DNA from: Phoronis australis
Taxonomy: Eukaryota; Animalia; Phoronida
NCBI GenBank assembly: GCA_002633005.1
Contig: NMRA01000365.1
Location: forward strand, 67,235 to 131,234
Direction: 5' to 3'
DNA: 64,000 bases
The notes under the pieces were generated by a model. It saw only the letters and a list, made by a program, of their open reading frames with translations, searched no databases and was not told where the DNA came from. Positions 12,801 to 24,105 of this stretch are shown in pieces. Position numbers and translations under genes: made by a program. How positions within the stretch are numbered: the first letter of the stretch is position 1; the number at the start of each line of letters is the position of its first letter.

Positions 12801-15800
12801 ACGGGCACAATAGGCAGCTTATAAACAAGCGGACCCCAAGAGGTTCAGGTGGGTGTTAAGAATGATTTTTTAAAAACATTTAAAATTGATATAAGTTGTG
12901 TGGTGGTATATTAGCTTTAAGACTAACTCAGATACGCTCACATTATTGTATAATTGTATTTTGTAGCTATTTACCACCTGAGAATTCATCAAGGGGTTGT
13001 GATGCGGATGGTTTTTATAGCCATCTATTATGCCAGTTATATTTAAACGCAGGTATAGCAGATGACGTTATTATTTGTGGAGATTTAAACTCGAGAGTGG
13101 GTAACTCGAATGATTACATTCCAGATGTTGATTGTTAAGTAAAAAAACGAGTTGTCATTGATAAAGCTGTAAATAGTCATGGTATAAGAATGATTGACTT
13201 TTTGTTCGGCTCTAAAACTTGCATGGTGAATGGTATGAAAAAGATAAGTAAGATAATTTCACATCTATAAGTCATAGAGGAAGAGCGGTTGTAGATTACT
13301 TTATTGTCCCCCATGAGTCGCTTCAGTCTTGTCTTAAATTTGAGGTCCATGCTTGTACAGAGGTAGATGATAAATAACTGTTTACATGGGTTATTGTCGG
13401 AACAGTCAGAACTGCCTGACCACAGTGTGTTATTGTTAGAAATTATGCTACATGTTCCGGTGAATATCAGTGAAGAAAGTGTAGCGGATCACGGTACGGG
13501 TAACTCTTTTGATATGTGATTTAGATAGCAGTTCAAATTAAATTCTATGCCAAGTGAATTCATTGATAATAAGATTGTTGGAAGGGCCATTGGAGAGTTG
13601 CTTTTAATATTAGAAAGTAAGTGTCAAAAACAATATGAAGTCGATGAGATTTATAACTCCCACTGTAAAATCATAAAAAACAGAAATGGAATTGCATTGA
13701 TGATGTTCTCAAAGTTGTAATAAAAATCTGAAGAAAAAGATTTAAAGCAAATGACGAAGGGAGCGACTCTACACAAGAACTCTAGATATTATTTTGACAA
13801 AAGGTCCAGGTTTTTAAAAAGACAGTATTTGAAAAATAAATTAACGCTGATTGAAGAGTCATGTGAAAATGATTCCAACGTTGTTTGGACGGAACTCAAG
13901 AACTTGGGCCTCAACTCAAGAAGAGACATGAAAATACTATTCCCTCGGAAAGATGGGAGGCCGATTTTAGAGATTTGTTTGTGAAAATTCCAATGCAAAA
14001 CAATGTTCTGAACTCTCAGGTATGTTAAACAAATACTGAAAAAATTATTTGTTTTTTGAAGTCTATTCTGTTATTCGCAAATTAAAATCGGGTAAGGCCA
14101 CTGGTATCGACATTATCCTATACAAAGTGCTGAGATCCCCACAGATGGTTAATATTTTGGTCTCGCTCTTTCAGAAGGTCTTTGGCACTGGATTTATTCC
14201 ATCATTATGGTATAAAGGGATTGTCACCTCTATACCTAAAGGATCAGATAGGGATTTGAGTTTACTTTCCAACTATAGAGGCATAAGTCACTCTGCTTTC
14301 TACCGTGAGTAAAGTGTATTGTAATGCACTAAACAGCAGATTAACCAAGTTTTTGGATGTCGAACACTTTTCTTGTAGGAAATAGAATAGTCTGTAATGG
14401 ACCAACGTTTGCGATATTCGTCTATGGAATGGGTGTTTGATAATTCAGATAAAAACTTTTTATCTGAAAAATTAATTAATTTAGGAGTCAGGTTGAGAAA
14501 TTCTATCGTGTAGTAAAATCACTGTATGTGCAGACAGAAGCCTGTGTACAATTAGGTCAGTCAAGTTATAGCAACTGGTTTCCAGTACAAAGAAGGGTCA
14601 GGCTGGGAGATCCATTGTCGTCTACATTGTTTTCAATTTTTGTAATTAATGATTTGAACACTTGTAGCAAAGGTATCAATTTTGGTGGATATAATTTATC
14701 CTGTCTCTTGTTTGCAGATGACATTGTGATTTTTTCTGGTAATGAGATCTATTTACACTCAGGTGGAAAATGTTTGTTAATTTTTTCAAAACTGATGTTG
14801 TTTATTTTCGTTAGAGGGAACATGTAACAGTGAGCTTTGAATTCATTTTTGTGCAATCGCACTGAATTTAAGAGAATGTTACAAGTATCTAGGTGTGCAA
14901 TCGCACTGTGAATTTAAGAAAATGTTACAAGTATCTAGGTGTGTGATCGCACTGTGAATTTAAGAGAATGTTACAAGTATCTAGGTGTGCAATCGCACTG
15001 TGACTTTAAGAGAATGTTACAAGTATCTAGGTGTGCAATCGCACTGTGAATTTAAGAGAATGTTACAAGTATCTAGGTGTGTGATCGCACTGTGAGTTTA
15101 AGAGAATGTTACAAGTATCTAGGTTTGTGATCGCACTGTGAACTTAAGAGAATGTTACAAGTATCTAGGTGAAACACTGAAAGAGTTTATGGACTTCAGT
15201 TTGACAGCTGAGATACTGGCAGACTTTACATCCAGAACATTGGAGCACTGGTGAGCAAGTATTTAACATATTGGTAACATGGGTTTCAACAGTTACAGTT
15301 AATGTTTTGAAAAGTCTGTAGCTTCAATTCTAGAATTCTTTGATTGTGAAAAAAAAATATATTACACTTTTTTACATGGGGTTCTGCCTTATCTCAAATA
15401 TTCCAAACTTGAAAGATCTAGTAAAATTCATCCATGACGCTTTGCAGGTTAGAATTCTTTAATGTAAAGTCGTCCTAAGCTGTAGGATTTGAGTGTGTGC
15501 ATTATGTTATGGTTTAATTGTTATTAGGTGACTGAGTAAGCGCACTGAGGCTGGGGTGTGAGGTGAATATTTGAGATTATGTATTTACTGGCTCACTTAA
15601 GTCACTATGATAAATAAATAATACTGGTAAATACTATAGCTACACGTTGTTTTCACTTCCTGAGCGTGCCACTATCATGTTAGCTGCAAAATAATAATAA
15701 TGATTCTTCTCTTGTGAAGCAGACAAAATTCAGGCTTTTCAGATGTGGCTCGAGTTTTTATAAACGTTGCTCAGCTTTTCAAACATGGTTCAAGATTTCT

Positions 15801-16030
15801 AGACAAACTTTGTTGCTTTACTTCGTGGGAGCCCACAAGAAAAAACTTTATCCTGATCTCGCGTTCTTTTTTCCAGTGTATTTGGATTCCCTGACCACTA
15901 CACGGACGTTGGTAATATGTCTCCAGGAAAACGGCAGAGGTTGCTAGGTAAAGCCTGGAGTGTTCCTGTTGTCAAGCACCTCCTGTTGCCATTGAAGCAG
16001 TTCTTTGTTACCAGAGCCAAAAACGATTAG
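829..16030 (+). CDS. DNMT3: DNA (cytosine-5)-methyltransferase 3, 3' part (end of ADD domain plus full catalytic domain); 5' exons lie upstream of the window
   Basis: Phase-consistent AG/GT exons: 829-1015 ([12 protein letters not shown]...[11 protein letters not shown]), 3947-4013 ([15 protein letters not shown], motif I), 5256-5398, 8106-8196 ([13 protein letters not shown], catalytic PC), 9077-9222 (LFFEFYRVL...FWLFENV), 9467-9552 ([12 protein letters not shown]), 10309-10387, 10586-10707 ([12 protein letters not shown]...LWIQELER), 15877-16030 ([15 protein letters not shown]...[17 protein letters not shown]). Matches the known DNMT3A/B motif series. Confidence 0.96.
3123..3200 (+). pseudogene. 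tRNA-derived element (pseudo-tRNA or SINE head) in a DNMT3 intron
   Basis: A box TAGCCTAATGG (3130-3140) and B box GGTTCGAATCC (3174-3184) 44 nt apart as in tRNA genes, followed by a T-run; acceptor and anticodon stems do not pair. Confidence 0.5.
6100..7790 (+). mobile_element. Decayed CR1/L2-group LINE, 3' part of ORF2, split by a nested insertion
   Basis: Frameshifted remnants [42 protein letters not shown]; after the insert [12 protein letters not shown] and RLCEVCN. Confidence 0.75.
6874..7350. mobile_element. Solo-LTR-like insertion (TG...CA) nested in the LINE
   Basis: Interrupts the LINE coding remnants; starts TGTCCCG, ends CTCACA; first ~130 bp similar to 19734-19912. TSD not clean. 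Confidence 0.45.
11770..15625 (+). mobile_element. Near full-length decayed CR1-type LINE in the last DNMT3 intron
   Basis: ORF1-like remnants (11870-12600); AP endonuclease motifs [40 protein letters not shown]; RT motifs [42 protein letters not shown]; many stops and frameshifts; AATAAATAATAATA tail near 15611. Confidence 0.85.
14850..15170 (+). repeat. 46-bp minisatellite, about 7 copies
   Basis: Unit GTGTGCAATCGCACTGTGAATTTAAGAGAATGTTACAAGTATCTAG starting at 14893, 14939, 14985, 15031, 15077 and 15123, plus a shorter first copy at 14850. Confidence 0.95.
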
Positions 16031-16551
16031 TGGAATGCTCGCTTTCCAAGCACACTTGAGCAGAGGCATGACTCTAAACATGTCATCATTTTAGTTTGTA
16101 TTTGTATTACTCTGTGCTAGTTATGTTTTAGTGTTGTATTACTTTGTTATGCCTGTGGATTCATACATGTCAGTCGCCTTGCCAGGGCAATTTGCATGTA
16201 TTTTTTGCCACTATGGTACATTTCTCTTGGTTGACTTGACTTCCGCATACAGCCAGTATGATACACCAATCTGCAGTGCAAAAGTTAAGTTTAATTTTGT
16301 TGCATTTTTATACCAATTTTTATGTTATGTTATTTTTCAAAATTGGACCCTTCAGACATTTTAACTAACCTTAAGTTGCTATTTTAATATGTTCAGTTGT
16401 TTTGATATTACAAACTTAAGTTTTGAACTGTTTTGACTTAATAAGAAGTATCCTTTTATATTTTTTGTTAAATGTGCAGAAATAGATGTCTTGAGTATTA
16501 CATGAAATGTTTATGTTTTAAGTATTACTTTGTTTTGAGTTTATTTTTTAG

Positions 16552-16557
16552 AATAAA
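16552..16557 (+). terminator. Candidate polyadenylation signal of DNMT3
   Basis: AATAAA about 520 nt after the stop codon in T-rich 3' UTR-like sequence. Confidence 0.45.
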
Positions 16558-16869
16558 GCATTTGATTTCTATAGATTTATTTAGTTGGCCTTGATTGCAG
16601 GACACAGACAATACTTGTTACTTAGGGAATGAGCAGTTTATCATTGGTAACAGTTTTTTGCTGTTATTTCACAAAACCACTTTCAAAACTAACACACTTT
16701 TTTAGCCCAATCACGTGTGTACAAGTATTATTGTCAATGATTCAGTAAAAAGTTATACATCATTTTGGGCAGGATTCCAGTGTAAGTGTAAAATCAAGTA
16801 CTTAACTGTGCTTGTCTTGGATAACGCCAATGGTTGTTAAATTGGGAAATTTAACAATCAAGGGTTAGA

Positions 16870-18810
16870 TGTTGAACTTTTTTATTGCTACACTAATAAA
16901 TGACCATACATTAAATACAAATATTTAGCCCAGAAAGCGAACTATAATATCCAGGAGTTTAACTAAACTTGAAACACAACATAATATCGAGCAAAGATAC
17001 CAAATGTAAAGATAACAAAAAACAAGACCAAAATCGCAGATGAAGGAGAATATATTAACAGGAGATAATACATGAAAACATAACACAAAAAGCTCCTTAG
17101 ATATTAATGCAGTTCCCTATTATGACTGTTAAAAGTAAAGTCACTAAGATTTCTAAGTAATAGAGCACTGCAATCGTGATTTAAATTTTGACAACCATAT
17201 AATAGAAAACTAGTTTATTCATGCCTATTACTATGAAAGCATGTGGTAACTGAAAGTTGAGAGGCCACTCTCCGACGTATCAATGTTGTCTTTTGACCTC
17301 ATCTGCAGTGGCTTGAAGTGTACTGGAAGGTGACACCTACTACCTTTCTATATTTGGAAAGTTATGGGGCTAAATTGCTCAAGGTGGATTTTATTTGTGA
17401 AATAATTCAAAAATAAATTTGTTATATCTTAGTTTGAAGAGGCATAATCACCAGTATTATTCTGTTTAAGACAAGGAAATGTATCTTGAGTGGATTGACC
17501 AAGAATATTTTTAACGAGTTTGCAATATTCATTAGAATTCTTTGATTTGCTACTGGCAGCTTGAATTAGGGTTTTGCGACAATCGGCTTTGACCCTTGAA
17601 ATAAGATTGGTCTTGATATCTGATATAAGATGGGGTACCGGTATTTGAATTTGTAAAGTTTATATACAGTCGACACTTCTTTTTTAATTAACGTTTTATA
17701 TTATTATTAAACCGATATTTATTTTTTGGTTTAAAAGTTTTACTTCATAAGGGAGGCCACTTTTAATAACGTTAAATACCGTGACAGTTGAAGTAAACAA
17801 ATGTTCAATGTAGTCATTTCACCGGAATCAAATAATGCATATCCCAATTAATCTCAGCTAAATCAGAAGTACCGGCAATTTTTCCAAAATCAGCACGATT
17901 TTATTTCCACACGGTTTTGTAAATTTTAGACTCATCAGTACTGAGGACGGTATCACTCAAACTACGTATAGCATATGGTGATCCAAGTTACCAAAAAGCG
18001 GCACAACTTCGGTGTGGAGAATACTGACCACTCATATCACTGGTAATAGAGAGGTCAATACACGACTACTAGAAACAGTAGAAGCGGTTAGGTTAGTCGA
18101 CAAGCTGAATTAGTTGGTTGGATGACATCAAAAGGCTCAAAACCCGCTTGATTGTCAATGGCCTCATTGAACCAAGATGAGTTGCGGGTGATAAAGTCAC
18201 CGTTTATCAAAATGGGAACTTAACGATTATGCAAAATATCAGAATATTGCTTGGATAAATGAGACGTACACTGTTTCCTTTCATCAGAGGTCCGAGACGG
18301 TGACCCTCTACAAAAATGCCATACAAGAATGGTCTGTGATTAACTTTAAGTTTGGGTTCATCGATCTCATAGATTACTATGTTATTTCTTCGGGAATATT
18401 GTTCCAAATTATCCATATTGTCGCTCAGCTCAGACACTTGTCTCTTCAAACCATTCTGCATCCCTTTCCTGTAGTCATTCAGACTCAGAAAAAGCCTTGT
18501 TCTCATCAAAGCCGTCGTTCGTAATCAGTTGGTCCCGATGCATTTGGTGACATCAGACGATATTAGGGCCCTTTGTAGCTTGATTATATCGGGATCCTCC
18601 TCACTGCTCGTACAATTGGTCAGTGTAACACTGACAGGAGAGCAGTCGCACCGAGACTGAGAAACTTAAAATCCAGGTTGTTTTTTCAGTTTCATTGGAC
18701 AATTAATGTACTCTCCTTACTGTCACACCTCTTACGACTTGATTCAATATTCATTGAACTTTAAATTAAGAAATTTTGTGGAAAACCAACCGGCGGGAAA
18801 CATTGCGCTC
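16870..18810 (-). mobile_element. Internally deleted CR1-like LINE, convergent with the DNMT3 3' end
   Basis: ORF 18207-18509 contains the ORF1 motif DNLEQYSRRNNIVI; degenerate ORF2 fragments follow; AATAAAAAAG on the minus strand near 16880. Confidence 0.65.
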
Positions 18811-19129
18811 TGCCCTCATGTCCAGCTGTGAAGTCTGGGATAGGCGTATAACAGAACTAATTGTTGCACACCTTAAGTATGATACTGTTAGAGTGGCATG
18901 AGTCAGAAAAAAACATTTCAAGTATCCTTAGAATGTGAATAGGGGTAGTGTCCAGTGTGAATGTGCTAACATCTCGAGAGATTGGCCTTCACAAAGATAC
19001 ACACTTTTCATGAAGTCTCTATGGCATAAATTTGAGGTTGGCGGTAACGCCAAACGCGGGCGTTTAAAAGTGAAAATTTATAAATTTCGGCCACTGATGT
19101 TAAAGCCTACCTTGAACACGTAAATTATG

Positions 19130-19560
19130 TTGCTACAATGTATGTTTCCACCACCAGATGTGTATGCGAAGTTTCAAAAATGGCTTTCATGTGATTCGGC
19201 GAACAAACCAGTTTTGGGCAGGCTTCAACTGTCAAAATCTAGCCACTGAACAAAAACTAATGCGTTCGCTAAAAAGCACAGGCGGCTTTTCTCATGGTAG
19301 TAAGATGATAATGGTCGGCCCCCGTAACGTCAGAGGTGAGCATCACTGCAGGACTTCAATGACCTCGCATACACAACAAGCGAACAACACAAAGAAGCAA
19401 CTGGTGCCAGAATTGAAAGAGATGCATGCGAGTTTGCGAATATGAGCACAAAGCTGACCGCATTTTCACCCTTCTCTTCAGATCCTGTGCTACGCAATGT
19501 CATCAATGGTGTTGTCGCCAACGCAGACGTCAACGTGCATGAATTTGAATTTTGCATGCA
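19130..19560 (+). mobile_element. DNA transposase remnant, probably Academ-like
   Basis: FHVIRRTNQFWAG...EQKLMRSLKSTGG and PFSSDPVLRNVINGVVANADVNV resemble the conserved EQxLMRSLKxxGG block of a transposase family common in marine invertebrates; superfamily assigned from memory. Confidence 0.5.
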
Positions 19561-19611
19561 CACCTTCCGGTCTTTAGCTCTACACTCCGTTTGTCCCTGT
19601 TCTCTAAGCAC

Positions 19612-20018
19612 CGCTCCACAACTTTAGGAGCAGAATAACGGTAGAACGCCATTTATTCCAACACCGTTAAATAATTTAGTATACTCAAGGAAGACTGTAG
19701 TTTTTAATGACCCTAATTTTTATGATCGACATATGTCCCGAATAATAGATAAATGATACGCGCGTCGCAAGCTCGTTACCAGAGATGAAAAGGAGACGGA
19801 GGTACGCGATATAAGGACATTTATTATGACTAGTACAGTTACAATATAATGAATACAGGTAAATAACGTATAATTGGTAATCTCTGGTAAGATGGGCAAT
19901 AAAAAAGTGCCACAAGAGATGTTGTAAGACAGCAGATTTTATCTTACCACTTTTTTACCCACATCGGTCGGGTGCAAAGCTGTATATTTAAAAGTATACA
20001 GCTTTGTACCAAGGCTAG
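19612..20018 (+). repeat. Dispersed non-autonomous repeat with terminal hairpin; second copy at 42832-43023
   Basis: 19612-19705 and 19932-20018 align to 42832-43023; this copy is interrupted by the LTR-like fragment; ends in an AAAGCTGTATA...TATACAGCTTT hairpin followed by AAGGCTAG. Confidence 0.7.
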
Positions 20019-20019
20019 T

Positions 20020-21850
20020 TGACTCCCAGATTTTGCATCGACCAACACCGGTCTTTAGCTCCTGAGACAAAAAGGTGCAGGTGGCCTGATGCCTTTTGCG
20101 GTACGTCAGGTGTGTTTAGGCCACAAGGCCGGGCCCATTACACTAGTCACCTGATTATGACTGATGGGGACACGACATTACTGGATTCCTCATGTGTGAA
20201 ATCTTCCAATCTGCCTGTTTGTTTCAGAAAGACAGAAAGACTATTAAACTTTATGAACTAACAATGTTAACCAGGCAGGTTATGTGTCCATCAAGTAGAA
20301 GATTACGGTGTCTTGTAGGCAGGGCAAATCTCCACCAGATATCGAGGAGTCTCGGCCAGTGTCGAGCTAGGTTGCAGTGTCCAGTAATAACCTGGATCAG
20401 CTGCCTTATAGCAAGCCTATCTAAACATGTTCAGTTTCTTTGAAGGTTTTGGTTCAGTAGGACTTGGAAAAAGTTGTCTGGTTTGTCTGCAGGCAGAGAG
20501 CTTTCTCCATGCATCCACGGACAGTTTACACACCCTGTGTCTTAATTTTGCTCTACAGCACCTATAGGCAACTGGTATGCTAGTCTTTAGCCCCACATGT
20601 TGATACACGTTTCGAGGGGAGGTGACGAACAGAACTACCCTGGTTGTGTACAATTTCGAGGTCTGTCGGCGCTGAACCCACTGTGGTACCTGGCTGTATT
20701 TTGACGATAGTCTTCATACAGCTACCTGGTTGGCTACCAACTCGCCTGCCTTCTTGTCTTGCAGCATTCGGGACAGGACATTCATTTTTGTCTGTTATAC
20801 GAGATCATGGGCGGCGCAGCACTGAAAAATGTGGAGGGTCTATAGCCCCCCACCCCCCCCNGCCCCTTATCGTGAGCCACCTATGGAGATGGCACCACGG
20901 ACTGTTCCACCATAGACATTCGTTAGTCTATGGTTCTACCAAGCGAAGGGGCCCTTCAATTCGACTTTCTCTCTTTTATGCTGGGCTGTTTCATTTTTCT
21001 GCCAAAGGTTGCCGAGTGGTCCCATGGTTTTCAGCAGACGCTGCTGCACATAAGATTATAACTGCCGTCTGCAACGCCGGGCACTGGCTTGTGAGCCGGC
21101 GGTGGCACTAAATCTAGCGCTTCCCGATCAAGAGGTTTCACTGTAAGCTCTGGTTGTGTCGGACAAGGAGTGTGATCGAGTATGGATTCTTTCAGAGCTG
21201 TACTGGGCAAATGCTCAGTAAAGTGCTTGGCAACGAATACCTCCTGGCCTTTTGACAGAGACCACTGCACCAATTTGACTGCAGCCAAAGGGTCAAATCT
21301 AGCCACTTTAGTTGGTGGGTAATGTGAGTCACCCTCCGAGTCTATGAGCGCACCCGGTATAAAAAGTGGGGGACTCGAATTTTTGAGAATGTGGACCTTT
21401 TATCGTTCACGTGGCACGTTCAGAGCCGCTATGAATTGTGCATTCGCCGAATTTTGGTCGTCCCTGCCTTTTTAGTGGACTTTTGTCTCATCTTCTATTT
21501 TTTCGGAGTTTTTGTTTCTCTGAAGCGGACCTTTTTGCCCACTTCGCTAAATGAGGGGGGCGCCCTTGGGTGCGCGCATGGAGGCGGAGAACTCGTGACT
21601 AGCTGTGCTACCATTGTCATCTTGATCACTGGCCTCAAGGGCGCTGGCTTTCTATACAAGAATCACCGTCAACAGACCCAGTGTCGGAGTTTGACTCCGT
21701 ACCTACAATGTCATCTGTGTCTGGGCCCTGATCATGTACGGACATTGAAGGGGAGTCATTGCAAGCGGCTACACCGCCGTGTGCAGATAGCCCGCCGTGT
21801 GCGGATCAAACAGCAGCCTGCGGATACACCGCCACAACGGAGAAATCGTT
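20020..21850 (-). mobile_element. Degenerate DIRS-like retroelement (gag and start of pol remnants) with a nested MITE
   Basis: Minus-strand ORF 21031-21306 (SILDHTPCPTQPELTVKPLDREALDLVP) resembles DIRS ORF1; IGAVEQ near 20560 resembles the KGAIE pol start; zinc-knuckle-like CHLCLGPDH...HCKRL near 21710-21790 lies on the plus strand. Confidence 0.4.
21343..21580. mobile_element. MITE with (CATG)CGCGCACCC terminal inverted repeats; second copy at 37929-38171
   Basis: Both copies share TTTTGTTTCTCTGA.GCGGACCTTTTTGCCCA and GCGCAC.../GGGTGCGCG ends. Confidence 0.65.
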
Positions 21851-22969
21851 GTTAGCGTCAAAAACATTTTTTTTCGCTTCACTAGCTGTAACATTTTTGA
21901 TGAAAAATGTTAGAATTATGTAACGATTTATTATAAATCGATGATTAAATTTATGAGCAATTGTGTTAATTAATATCAGTTAACTAAGTCACAAATATTT
22001 TAGAACATTACTTGTTATTGTAAACAACTTGTTGTGGTAAACTTGAGTATTGCGCGATTTCTTCAGAAAAGCTTTAGTTCTGCTAAGTTCTCAGTGTAGT
22101 TCTGACAAACAGGATATAATCATCAAAATATGTTTTGGAGTGGTCAACTTTAGGTGGGTTGATTCTAAGAAACACCCACATCGATGTACTTATGCCTCAA
22201 GTTGACCAGTGTCCATGTGATGTTTAGTCATGTCTTAGAGTATAAATATTTCTGGAGCAAACATAAGCGTCATTCTCAAAAGAAAAGGTTAGGAGACGAG
22301 GAAGCTATGTAACTTTGGAGAATCAAGTATTTTAGGCAGATCACCGAGTCTGTAGAGTTTCAATGAGTGTATTCAGTCACTGGCAAGGATCATACTGATA
22401 CACAAAACAAGAATTGGATGTTCATGCGTGGATAAGATCAAAGGGATCAATTTCTGTAAGTCTCATTAGAATTTATGAGCTATGAAATGTTCTAGGATAT
22501 AATATGTTTTAAGATAAATGTTGGTTTGATAAATGTGATTTAAAGTTCATATACCGATTCAGTTAGATTTGAGTAATTTTGTCCAGTTTCTTAGAGTGAC
22601 TATTGTTAATAATTGAATTTAGATTCGGTTATATAATACTGTCATGTATTTAGAGAATCTTGTGTATTTTCATAGATTTACAGTTCTCACACGGTTCTCA
22701 CAAGGATTCAAAGTTTTCACTGAGGTTCCAAGTGGAATTAGTAAGTAAAATCATCCCGTCAAACTCGGACTTTGATTTTGTCTGTCCAACGCAGAACATC
22801 ACACTAGCTGCCTTTATTAACAGTAACCTAAGTACTCCACAAGTGTAGATGAATGAATTTAGAAGAGCAATTTTACGATTTCGATTTCAGATCATATGTA
22901 TACGTCTGCTTGTGAAATAGGCCGACTTGAAGAAGGATGCGTGCGTCTTTGAATGACTATAGAGAGCTC

Positions 22970-23740
22970 ATAGACATCGCATAGCTATAGTATTAAAATG
23001 TGCCATTCTGACGCAGAGATGCAATAATCATAACTACCTCCGTTCTTACGAAAATAAATATATTTTCTGTACTACATAGACCTAGACACGTACGGTGGTG
23101 GTATTCTATGATCTAGAATGCTTACACACGGAAATGTGGAGCGCCATGTTCTGGAAGTTATCCGAAAGAGAGATAAGTGGTTCTTCATCTGTATATATAT
23201 ATAAACCACCACATGTGAAAAATATAAATCCGTTGAAATGTATTGATACTGTTACAATTAGAGTAGCCAAGTGGAGACTGAGTGACATTATATCAAGTTC
23301 CTCCTACGAGATGTGAATGTGAACATGATTGTAATAATACACTACATGATTGGATGTCTATGGTCTAAAAGTGTGGCCAAAGAGTTGTTTCAAGGGCCCA
23401 CTCCTTCTGTTAGATGTTATTCTAACTAACAGACCTGGACTGGTGCGAATTCTGAATTATGATTCGGGTGTAAATGAATGTTGGTGGTATTACCAAAGTC
23501 AAAATTTCGCAATATCAACCAAAAAATTTTTACTGGATCCATGAAATCATTCTCTGTAAATGATTACAATAGGGACCTTGAGGTAGCACCCTTTCATGTT
23601 GCTAACATTTTTGATGATGCCAATGATGGCGGTTTAGTTTCATAATGAGATATCCCGAGGGAGGTTATTGACTTCCATGCTCCAATAAAGACCAAGTTCC
23701 TGCAATAGCGTAGTATGCAAAACAGCTTCTAGACAAACAA
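22970..23740 (+). mobile_element. CR1-type LINE endonuclease remnant
   Basis: IYKPPHVK, LLDVILTNRP, YNRDLEVAPFHVANIFDD and DFHAPIK fragments in disrupted frames. Confidence 0.65.
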
Positions 23741-24105
23741 ATGCCTTGTTTCGTCTTCGTAATATTTTTGGCGCTAGTAACACCAATTGTTGGCTTTTGC
23801 GCGTAACCAAGGCTCCGACCCCGCGGCGACGGCACACAACAAGCAAACTCATCCAGTGGCAACCCAGTGTTGGAGTTCAGTACCACAATACAAATTCCGC
23901 AAGATAGTTTGATGTTTATAAAATGAAGATTTTTTATAAAATATGAAATTGGGCAAAATATTCATCGCTTTTGTATCCATTTCTTCATCCTCTACGTTTT
24001 TGGAGTTTGATTGCTTCCAGATTGCGTCGACACGCGACATTGACGACAGATAGCGCTACAAACACAAATGGTTTTCTTTCCTCCAGTTCATAAGAGCAAG
24101 ACAAA

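Noticed and set aside
14850-15170. CRISPR-like regular repeats (also 29541-29706)
   Set aside because: Head-to-tail units with no unique spacers, no cas genes, and a eukaryotic context.
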